Positions 1-9,509 of a DNA stretch of 64,000 nucleotides are shown piece by piece (the first letter of the stretch is position 1; every line of letters begins with the position of its first letter). The notes below the pieces were generated by a model that worked only from the letters and a program-made list of their open reading frames with translations, was not told the DNA's origin and made no database searches. Position numbers and translations under genes: made by a program. Source of the stretch: Patellaria atrata CBS 101060 (taxonomy: Eukaryota). Location of the stretch: the NCBI GenBank assembly GCA_010093705.1, contig MU006089.1, forward strand, positions 229,570 through 293,569, read 5' to 3'.

Positions 1-1
1 G

Positions 2-214
2 TTTCCACGATTATCTATACTTGCAATTGAGATCCTCTCAATTCCAGCAATGAGCGATGAACCAGAACGAGTGTTTTCAGCAGCTCGTCGTACGGTATCA
101 TGGGAAAGATCACGCTTAAGTTCAAGAGAGTTAGAACATACTGAATGTCTTAAACATTGGGCAAAACAAAAAAATTTATTGAAAGGTTCGTACGATTTGT
201 TTAGTTTCACCTAA
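2..214 (+). CDS. hAT transposase, C-terminal dimerisation domain (5'-partial)
   Basis: Frame 2 reads FPRLSILAIEILSIPAMSDEPERVFSAARRTVSWERSRLSSRELEHTECLKHW..., stop TAA at 212-214. This matches the hAT dimerisation-domain consensus (P.L...A...L.IP..S...ER.FS......R..L). It is absent from the ORF track because the start is outside the window. Confidence 0.92.
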   Translation, partial: FPRLSILAIEILSIPAMSDEPERVFSAARRTVSWERSRLSSRELEHTECLKHWAKQKNLLKGSYDLFSFT

Positions 215-316
215 TGGCTACTGATCTCAGACACACGTAAAGGTACAGATCACGTCTGAGTGCTACCAACAGCCCTGGATAGCTAGGCAAAGCAGAACAC
301 CGAAACGCCAGAACGC

Positions 317-883
317 TTAAACGCCAAAGAATACTTCGTACGAAGCTCTGCTCAACCAATGATTATAGCATTTTGGGGAGTAGCCCCTCATCGTCATCCA
401 GCACAATAGCATTCCCAGGGGCGGTGCCGTCAGCTCCGTCAACCCCTGAACCAGGTCCAAGCACCCTGGCTCCTTGAGCAGGCTTATCTGGACCACCAGC
501 TCGTACGGAACAGCGTGCTGTATGGTCGCGCCATTTGCAGTTGGCGCATGTTCCGCCAAAGTGTCCCTCAGCGCGGTGACAACTAAGGAAGGGACGGAAA
601 TCTCTCGTACGACAAGCCGCACAAGGATCAACGTCACCTCCACGAGACTGGATAAGAATCCCATTGACATATGACTGCCTATGAGATCCAATCTGCTCGG
701 TGTGATAGAGTCACGTACGAACTCAACATCAACACCTCCACCGACGGCCAGAAGTGCTCTATTCTGTGGGCTGTGACACCACGGAGCCAATTGCTGCTGT
801 GTTACGAGTAGCACCGGGTTGCGGTTCGCGTGAGCGGCAGCCGTGATCGCTGGGTTATAGAGAACTACTTGCGTATTGGCCAT
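317..883 (-). CDS. 188-aa protein of unknown function carried inside the hAT element, convergent with the transposase
   Basis: Uninterrupted ATG-TAA ORF, more GC-rich than its flanks. On the minus strand it is preceded by a canonical 48-nt intron (932-885, GTAAGT...GCTAAT...TAG) ending 1 nt before the ATG, a CT-rich leader (960-987) and TATAAAA (1012-1006). No domain recognised. Confidence 0.7.
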   Translation of the reverse strand: MANTQVVLYNPAITAAAHANRNPVLLVTQQQLAPWCHSPQNRALLAVGGGVDVEFVRDSITPSRLDLIGSHMSMGFLSSLVEVTLILVRLVVREISVPSLVVTALRDTLAEHAPTANGATIQHAVPYELVVQISLLKEPGCLDLVQGLTELTAPPLGMLLCWMTMRGYSPKCYNHWLSRASYEVFFGV

Positions 884-884
884 A

Positions 885-1012
885 CTATAGTCTTATTAGC
901 CTTCGTACGATAGGTTTAAGCTGAGTACTTACACTTTGAGTTACTAAAATCAAAGATTGAGAAGGAGAGAAGAAGAGAAGAAGAGAAATTCAAAAAAAAG
1001 ATGTATTTTATA
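885..1012 (-). promoter_or_regulatory. Core promoter and intron-containing 5' UTR of the hAT cargo gene
   Basis: TATAAAA at 1012-1006, pyrimidine-rich tract at 987-960, predicted 5'-UTR intron 932-885. Confidence 0.6.
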
Positions 1013-1020
1013 CAAATTGG

Positions 1021-1072
1021 CAGGTAGGCAGGTGGGCCAGTAGACAGGTGGACAGGCAGGCACGTAGGCACG
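1021..1072 (+). repeat. Degenerate 8-bp tandem repeat (about 6.5 copies of CAGGTRGR)
   Basis: caggtagg|caggtggg|ccagtaga|caggtgga|caggcagg|cacgtagg|cacg. Confidence 0.75.
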
Positions 1073-1228
1073 CCCTCGTGCCTTCTATCTTAGAACAGCT
1101 ATAGATGTTATTCATAGCTATATAATCCCTTCGTACGAAGAGTATCTTTATTTTAATTAAATTTCTAAGAAAACGATAATATTTTAGTTGAATTCTAAAG
1201 AATATTAAAAAATCTTAAAATGCCAAGA

Positions 1229-1318
1229 GTATTGTTAAGGTATTATGATATTCGATACAATACCGATGAAATACCGAGAATACTAATACCTTATCGATAC
1301 GGATCGTTGGCCACACTG
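1229..1318 (+). repeat. hAT subterminal repeats and right terminal inverted repeat
   Basis: GTATT at 1229 and 1240 (inverted orientation). AATAC at 1259, 1270, 1279 and 1285. GATAC at 1254 and 1296. Terminus CACTG at 1314-1318. Confidence 0.7.
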
Positions 1319-1344
1319 GTTCCTCGCGTCACCCCTGCAGCCCT

Positions 1345-1350
1345 ACGCGT
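1345..1350. promoter_or_regulatory. MCB element (ACGCGT) upstream of MSH3
   Basis: Exact ACGCGT about 70 bp before the MSH3 ATG, with a second CGCGT at 1325-1329. MBF sites are typical of G1/S replication and repair genes. Confidence 0.5.
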
Positions 1351-1421
1351 TTCCCCGTAGAATGAAATTCAGTTGGACTCAGGATATATCGCCATCTTCC
1401 AACGGTCTAGAACTTCCAATC

Positions 1422-4400
1422 ATGGCACCTTCATACCGGTCTTCTTCGCAAACTCATTCTTCCCAAGGGAAAAAGCAGCAGTCAATTTCAAACTTCTTTA
1501 CCCCCAAGCCAACGCAAACATCTGCACAACCATCTATACCGAAAACTTCCTCTCTCTCCCGAGCAGAGACAGAAAAGGAGAGTGAGAATGACAAGGAAAA
1601 TGACCTTTTCTTGAGTTCTGATGAAGAAGCACCAGTTCAGCCAAGACGGGCATCGCAAAAGTCAAAACGGGTACTGGATAATGGTGAAGGCGAATATGCA
1701 GAAAACCCGCCAGCCCCTAAGAAGTCGAGGAAGAACGGAGGGAATGACAGAGAGTTTGAAGATCCCAACCAAGGAGATGTTAGAACACAAGACGGTCTGG
1801 TGTTGCAGAACCATGCTTCGTCAAAGAGTCAACGCCCAGCTACGAAAAATGATGACCATCAGATACCTTCAATTCACCCGCGGACATTGAGATATATATT
1901 TTCCAGCTCATCGATTCCAGGACAAGTTGAAGGCGAATTGGACAATGACGAAACCAAGCAAAAAAAGGAGCAGTTACACCAACGCTTCGTAAAAAAGCTT
2001 GGGAGGCCAGACAGCATAGCGGATATCAAGAGGAAAAATCATTTCATTACCGAGGATGCAGCAGATGGGGAAGACGTTGAAGATGAAGAAGTTGACGAAG
2101 AGCCTGCATCTAAACCATTGAAGGGCAGGAAAGCGACTTCGACGAAAAAGACATCCACTAAACTTACGCCGATGGAGAAGCAAGTTTTAGAGATAAAAAA
2201 TAAGCATATGGATACCTTACTGGTTGTGGAAGTTGGGTACAAGTTTAGATTCTTCGGAGAGGATGCTAGAACTGCTTCAAAGGAGCTCGGAATTGTTTGT
2301 ATTCCAGGAAAATATAGATACGATGAGCGTACGTCGATCTCACACGCCAAGGTTTTGGCCTTTCTTAAGTTGAGGCTGTTATCTGATAATTTACAGATCT
2401 CTCTGAAGCTCACATAGATCGATTTGCATCTGCCAGCATTCCAGTACATCGTCTGCATGTCCACGTGAAGAGACTTGTTGCCGCAGGGTACAAGGTCGGC
2501 GTGGTACGCCAGGTTGAGACCGCAGCACTGAAAGCGGTTGGAGATAATCGCAATGGGCCATTCGTGCGCAAACTGACTAATCTCTACACCAAAGGCACGT
2601 ATATTGATGATGTAGAAGGACTTGAGGGTCCGTCTCCGGGTACTAACAGTACAGTACCGTCCTCTGGGTACATCCTTTGCTTAACAGAGACTAATGCGAA
2701 GGGATGGGGTAACGACGAGAAAGTACAGGTTGGAATTGTGGCCGTACAACCCGCGACTGGTGACATTATCTATGACGATTTTGAAGACGGCTTCATGAGG
2801 GGCGAAACGGAAACCCGGTTGCTTCATATTGCACCGTGTGAATTCCTCATCGTTGGTTGTCTGTCAAAAGCAACTGACAAGCTGATGAAAAATTTGTCTG
2901 CAAGCAAATCAAACGTTTTTGGTGATCAGGCAAGGGTAGAAAAAGTCGAAAAACCAAAGAGCATGGCCGCGCAATCGTACAGTCATATTTCTCAGTTCTA
3001 TGCAGAGAAAATGAAGAGCACTAGCAACCATCAAGAATCACAAGATCACGTCCTAGATAAAGTCCACCAGCTGTCTGAGCATGTAACTATCTGCCTTTCA
3101 GCACTTATTACTCACATGACCGAATACGGTCTGGAGCATATCTTTGACTTGACCAGGTATTTTCAACCTTTCAGTGCTCGTTCACATATGCTACTCAATG
3201 GCAACACATTATCCAGCCTTGAAATATATCAAAACCAAACAGATTACACTGCAAAAGGTAGTCTTTTCTGGACACTCGATCGAACCAGAACCCGATTCGG
3301 CCATCGATTGCTTCGCAAATGGGTCGGAAGGCCGCTTCTAGATAAACCCAAACTTGAAGAACGTACTTCCAGTGTTGAGGAGCTACGGGATATCGAACGG
3401 ACGGTCGCAGTCGAGAAATTAAAACATCTACTTTCCGACATCAAGATTGATCTCGAGAAGTCTTTGATCAGGATCTATTATGGAAAATGCACTCGCCCGG
3501 AATTCCTTTCTGTCTTACAAGCCCTGCAGAAGATCTCAAATGCATATGCTCATATTGAGTCTCCATCAGATGCAGGCTTCCGCTCCCGAAGCTTGAATGA
3601 AGCCATTGCTTCCCTCCCTAGAATTTCTAACTTCGTTATCTCTTATCTGGAGAGATTAAACGCTCAAGCTGCTAGGGAAGACGACAAGTATAATTTTCTC
3701 CGTGACGATCATGAAACTGACGACATCACTGAGCATAAACTCGGTATTGCCGCTGTGGAGCACGACCTTGACGCGCACCGTATGTTAGCGGCAGAGAAAC
3801 TCAAAAAGAAAAAGGTGGACTATGTCACTGTAGCTGGCATTGAGTTCCTTGTAGAGGTCGACAATAACTACCTCAAGAATGTGCCGGCCTCGTGGGCAAA
3901 AATATCTGGTACCAAGAAAGTATCAAGGTTTCACACTCCAGAAGTTGTCAAGATGATCCGAGAAAGAGACCAGCACAAGGAAGCCTTAGCTGCCGCTTGC
4001 GATAACGCTTTTAAGGACCTGCTCGCTGAGGTTGCAACCAAGTATCAAGAGCTCCGAGACTGTATCCAGTCTCTCGCAATGCTTGACTGCCTCTTGAGCC
4101 TAACGGAGATATCTTTACAACCCGGTTATGTCAAGCCTAAATTTACTGCTGAGGCGACCATTTCTGTCAAGGGGGGACGTCATCCCATGGTCGAGCAGCT
4201 TCTGCTTGATACTTACGTTCCCAACGATATTAATCTCTCTTCAGACAAGACTCGCGCGCTCCTTATTACAGGTCCCAACATGGGAGGCAAATCTTCGTAC
4301 GTACGTTCTGTAGCGCTTATTGCAATAATGGGTCAGATAGGCTCGTACGTTCCTGCTGAAAGTGCAGAATTGGGCATACTTGACGCAGTTTTCACTCGCA

Positions 4401-5017
4401 TGGGTGCCTTCGACAATATGATGAAGGGTGAGAGTACATTTATGGTCGAGCTAAACGAGACCAGCGACATACTCAAGCAAGCTACACCAAGATCGTTAGT
4501 CATCTTAGACGAGTTAGGTCGCGGTACGAGCACGCATGATGGTGTTGCTATCGCGGAGGCCGTACTCATGCATATGGTAACAGACGTCAAGGCTCTCACG
4601 CTATTCATCACACATTATCAGGATCTGAGCAAAATCGCCGAGAGATTTCGTCAAGAGAGCAGTCCAGTGTTGAAGAACGTGCATATGCGATTTACCGAAC
4701 AGCAAGAAGAGGGAATTGGAAAAGGCCAGATCACGTTCCTTTACGAAGTCGGGGATGGCGTGGCACATAGGAGCTATGGGCTTAATGTTGCTAAACTGGC
4801 AAATTTACCAAAGCTCGTGCTGGAAGTTGCTGCTGTAAAGAGTAGAGAGTTAGAAGAAAGCGTATTGAGGAGAAAACTTGGTAGGATGTAAGTTGCTATA
4901 TCCTTCACATCGTCATGGTAGCTAATGCTTGGCAGGGTCCAATTTGCTGGGCGCCTCGTTGATACCAATGCTAGCGATCTTTTGGACATCCTTGTGAAAG
5001 GTATGGAACAGTTGTAG
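1422..5017 (+). CDS. MSH3: DNA mismatch repair protein Msh3 (MutS family); 2 introns (2329-2396, 4888-4935)
   Basis: N-terminal PIP box [15 protein letters not shown]...[14 protein letters not shown]; spliced [17 protein letters not shown]; Walker [24 protein letters not shown]. An alternative in-frame ATG lies at 1362. Confidence 0.96.
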
Positions 5018-5609
5018 TCACCCAAATCAAACAGACTAGTCGCGTCATATTGTGGTAAAGGAATATATGGTTGTTCAAATTATATACGATTACAACAACG
5101 ATACGTATCATTTCCTCCTCGCCCAACTTGCGAAAGAGGATGAACAGATTTATCATGTCGATTAAGCTGTTGTGGACGCATGCTGCTCCCTCATAATACT
5201 TTTAGTCTCCAGGTGCTCTTAATGAGAATATGTACGATTGTTTACTTAAATACACTGTGCGTCAAATAGATCAGTGTACAACTCAGTTTGATATATTCAG
5301 GGGTCTATTATACAGTGCAAGTGACTATAAACTCACGAATTAAGAAACTATACGTTCCACCGGCATTGACCACGACCCCATCTGCTCCCATCAGGACATC
5401 GAGTCAGAGGATGAAATCGTCTCCCGCCCAATAAAGTTGCTCGGTGATCGTATGAATGGAGTGTTGAATCTGATAAGACTTCCAAGGTAATAAACTTCAA
5501 CGGCCTATGGTCGCATCGGTCATGCTCATCTGAACTTGCGTGTTGATCGAAAAAAATGCAGTGGTAAAAAGTCGTACGGCCCATGTTGTGATTTCAGTAC
5601 AATGAGGGT

Positions 5610-5753
5610 TTAAGAACGCGCTTGTCCGCGCCCTGAGCAGCCTTTCCGGTAGCTTCTCCACCGTTTCAAGTTACGGTTTTCTGACGCATCGGATACAGGA
5701 GCGGCTGCAACGACAGTGACAAGGGCAGCGATGATAAAAGCGCCGAGCTTCAT
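5610..5753 (-). CDS. 47-aa small secreted prepro-peptide with a Kex2-type KR site
   Basis: MKLGAFIIAALVTVVAAAP (signal peptide) + VSDASENRNLKR (pro-region) + WRSYRKGCSGRGQARS*. Confidence 0.5.
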   Translation of the reverse strand: MKLGAFIIAALVTVVAAAPVSDASENRNLKRWRSYRKGCSGRGQARS

Positions 5754-6940
5754 AGTATATAACACTGAAAAATCCAGCAGGTGGTTTGATAATGAATGAT
5801 GATTGAGACTTTGATAGTGAGTGGAAGCGGGTGGTAATCTAGCCAGGTCTAGATCCAGAGATTTTGTAGTTTGGGAGAGAGAAGAAAATTTTACTGGGGT
5901 TATCAAGGTCGGGCTTTAAATGATCCAACTTAGGGCAATTCAAAGGCACAGTCAATAAAGAGATGCTGAAGTGGTTGTCAATAGCATTGACAGTGATCTT
6001 CGCCCTAAAGGGGTCCTCAATAGCAGTTGCTGAAGACATCCGCTTTGTTCATAGAACCATAGCAGCTCCTCGACCAAGATTATTTTGGAAAGACTTACTC
6101 TAAGGAAGGGTGGAGGCAAAACTCTCCATATATGTAGTTGACACATCAACTATACCGCATGAAGGAATGTAGTCATCGAAACTCCACCAAGGTCGTGCAG
6201 AGGATATAGGATATATGAACTCAAGAATTAAGTGCAATGCAAGACGGGGAGCAGAAGGTCGTCAACAAAGTGCTCAACGAACATAGACTCCATGTCCCTC
6301 CTCTGGGAATACTATAGAAGGGCCCCTTTTGGCAGCATAAATGAAAGATGATCAGAGAGACCGAAAGGTCAGCTGAGGTAAGAAAGCCAGGAGTTCACAA
6401 GGGAGGAGACTCTTCCTCCCACGTCATATCCTTAGATTAGTCCGTTAAATTGAAGTTTAAAGTTCAGAGTATCTGACGGAAATGATGCTCAATAAGAATA
6501 CCCTAACCAAATGTGGTCTTCAATAAAGTAATTTTCAAACGTTTGATATGTTCCAGCTTGGAGAAGAGGTTTTTTCATTCAGCGAACAGTGGTGTACGGA
6601 TCTTTCATGGATATAACAATATAGGCACTAACAAGATGTGTCGAGTAGTTCGTTTACTGTAGCATGGTATGTTATTAACACTTAACTCGGTAATATCTCG
6701 TACGATGAATAAGGTCTGTTTTCCAAGTCGCTATTAGGGCTACCCTATTGAAACTTCTAACTATGGCCTTAATGAACGTTGATACAAATAGTCTGGGGAG
6801 ATGGCGGAGGTTGACGTTTCGTAGACGCAGGTGAGGTTAAGGTTAAAACTACGGAGGGTAGACAGTTCTCATTGGTCCATTTGCCGGGATCACGTGAAAG
6901 CGCGAAAAGGAGCGTAGCCCTACAAGCTTGTGAGGGCCAA

Positions 6941-9144
6941 ATGTTCTTCTGCAGAATGAGAATGAGACTTACCATATTCAATTCAAAGTTCAGCACTGCA
7001 ATACGACCATCTGCATCGGCATGGGTCTGTCCTTCCTGCATACTGCGATCTGCACCGCGACGCCGCATTGCAAATGTTGCTACACGGGATAAACCCTACT
7101 ACCTCTCTACGCCGATATTCTATGTCAATGCTGGTATGTAAAAGCTATTATTATTCTACTCAAGCCATACTAAAATACTATCTGTCAGCTCCACATGTAG
7201 GCCATCTATACACAATGGTTCTCGCAGACATCATCAAGCGATGGCAGATATTACAAGGGAAAAAGGTCATACTTTCTACGGGGACTGATGAACATGGCAT
7301 GAAGGTATCAAATAATGACTCACCCTAATTTGCGTCAGTGCTAATTGTTTATCAATTAGTAGATCCAACAAGCTGCTTGGAAAGCCGGTAATGATCCAAA
7401 ATCTTTCTGCGACGAAGGTGCCGATGTCTTCAAAGTACTACGAAAGCTCCCATCTCACGAAACGGCCTCATTCTAAACATTTGGCAGACTCTCGCCGCAC
7501 GTGCCGATGTTAGTCACGATCACTTCGTTCGCACGACCGACGCAAATCATAAAGAAGCCGTTCAATATGCCTGGGTAAGCTCAAGTGCCAACCCAGTTTT
7601 GGTTTCAATGTGCACCATGACTCTAATAGCATGGCAGAGACTTCTAAGAGATAGAGGGTACATCTACGCATCAAAACATGAGGGGTGGTATTCCGTCAGC
7701 GATGAGACGTTCTATCCTCAATCGGGAGTTCATCTCGTATTAGAACCGAGTACGGGTCGTAAAATGATGGTATTTTTTACCGTAAATCCGTCATAACTTA
7801 TCTGATATCACAAAGGCATCGATTGAGACTGGTAAGGAGGTTGAATGGACATCCGAAACAAACTATCATTTCCGACTATCAGCCTTCAAGTCCCAACTGC
7901 TCGATTTCTACGATCAGAATCCGGGATGGGTTATTCCAAATACACGTATGCAGGATGTCGTGCAGCAGGTATTACAAGGATTAGAAGACTTGTCAGTATC
8001 GCGCCCAACCGAGCGATTATCCTGGGGTATTAGGGTACCAGATGACGAAAGCCAGACCATTTACGTTTGGCTTGACGCCCTGTTGAATTATGCTACTATT
8101 ATAGGATACCCATGGACACCCGGTTACGAGCGGCTTGCAGGCTGGCCTGTAGACTTGCATGTGATTGGAAAAGACATTGTCCGGTTTGTTACTAACAGAC
8201 TCCCTCATAGCTAATAGCTGATACATATTCTCCAGGTTTCATTGTATCTACTGGCCCGCATTCCTTATGGCTTTAGATTTACCGCTCCCAAATCGGGTAT
8301 TAACAACGGCTCATTGGACCCTAGGGCGTCAGAAAATGGCAAAGTCAACTGGAAATGTTGTAAATCCCTTCTTCGCTATCGACCGTTTCGGTGTAGATGC
8401 CATGCGATATTACCTGGCACACGACGGTGCTATTACCGACGACTCCGATTATAGTAATGAATATATCATTGAGAGATATAAGAAAGGTTTGCAAAACGGT
8501 CTTGGTAACCTCGCAAGTCGAGTTCTTAGAGGCAAGTCGTGGAATGTGCAAGAATCGATCCAAACGACTCGATATCGGATTATCAACGATGACCCACCTG
8601 GCGAGTTCAGCAGAAAACAGTGGGCTTTGTTAAGGGACTTGCCAAACACGGTAAAAACCCACATGGAAGAATGTCAAGTTGGGCAGGCGCTGAAGGTCGT
8701 TATGGATGCGGTTTATCAGGTAAGAAACTGATGAGGTCTCGATCCACAGTTGAGAATGAGCGTCAAATTAACTGGAAATCTCAAAAGGGCAACAAATACT
8801 TGCATCACGCTGCTCCATGGTATCATGTGCCGCCGAGTCCCACGCACAATCCCAACACCCATATGAACGTTCCTCCAGAGTTTAAGCAGAGTCCTGAGGA
8901 TGCTGAATATGTCAACACATGTATATTTATCTGCGCAGAGACTCTCAGGCTCGTCGGTATTCTACTTCAACCCTACATGCCTACCAAATCCAACCAGTTA
9001 CTGGATATGCTAGGCGTGGACACCACCAGGCGAGCTTTTGAGTATGCGCATGTGGGAGCCGATGGTGACTATGGACAACCTAATGTTGATCTTGGCAAGG
9101 GGCATAAAGGCGCATTGTTCCCGCCTTTGTCCAGCGAATCCTAA
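6941..9144 (+). CDS. MSM1: Mitochondrial methionyl-tRNA synthetase; 7 introns
   Basis: Arg-rich presequence; PYYLSTPIFYVNAAPHVGHLY (HIGH motif); GTDEHGMK; YVWLDALLNY; IGKDIVRFH; KMAKS (KMSKS motif). The exons join through canonical GT-AG introns. Confidence 0.95.
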
Positions 9145-9509
9145 ATTTCGATTCAAAGTAGGTTGTATAAATGAATTGTAAAATACAATTTGTATAATGC
9201 GATAGTTGGTATAATAATTACTTCTACATACGACTTTGCGGTTACGCCATCTATTTTACACAAATTATCAATACAGAGTACAGTGACTCAATATCCGCTT
9301 AAAACGATAATGTGGGAGGCGAAGCTCGTCTTGTGACCTTTCCGAAGCGTGCCAGTCCTACTTGACACCGGTAGACTATCTTCTTTGATTCGAAATATAA
9401 AGGCTGGTGAGCATAAAAGAAGGCAAATATTAGACTGTATGTTCTCTTCATACAGCCAGGAGCGTCTGAATTGAAGGTGGCTTTCTTTTCTGGTAGTGAC
9501 TACTACATA

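Larger units (their letters stand above)
1..1318 (+). mobile_element. hAT-superfamily DNA transposon, right-hand part (left end lies outside the window)
   Basis: Transposase C-terminus at 2-214. AT-rich subterminal tract at about 1140-1250. Clustered AATAC/GATAC repeats at 1229-1300. The terminus ...CGGATCGTTGGCCACACTG ends at 1318; its reverse complement starts CAGTGTGGCCAAC, a CAG start typical of hAT TIRs. The partner TIR and left TSD are not visible. Confidence 0.8.

Noticed and set aside
1141..1228. AT-rich tract as evidence of RIP
   Set aside because: It is short and subterminal, and the adjacent transposase and cargo frames are open and retain CpA dinucleotides.
5610..5753. Alpha-factor-type pheromone precursor
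   Set aside because: There is only one unit after KR, with no tandem WC...GQ.C repeats and no X-A/X-P dipeptide spacers.
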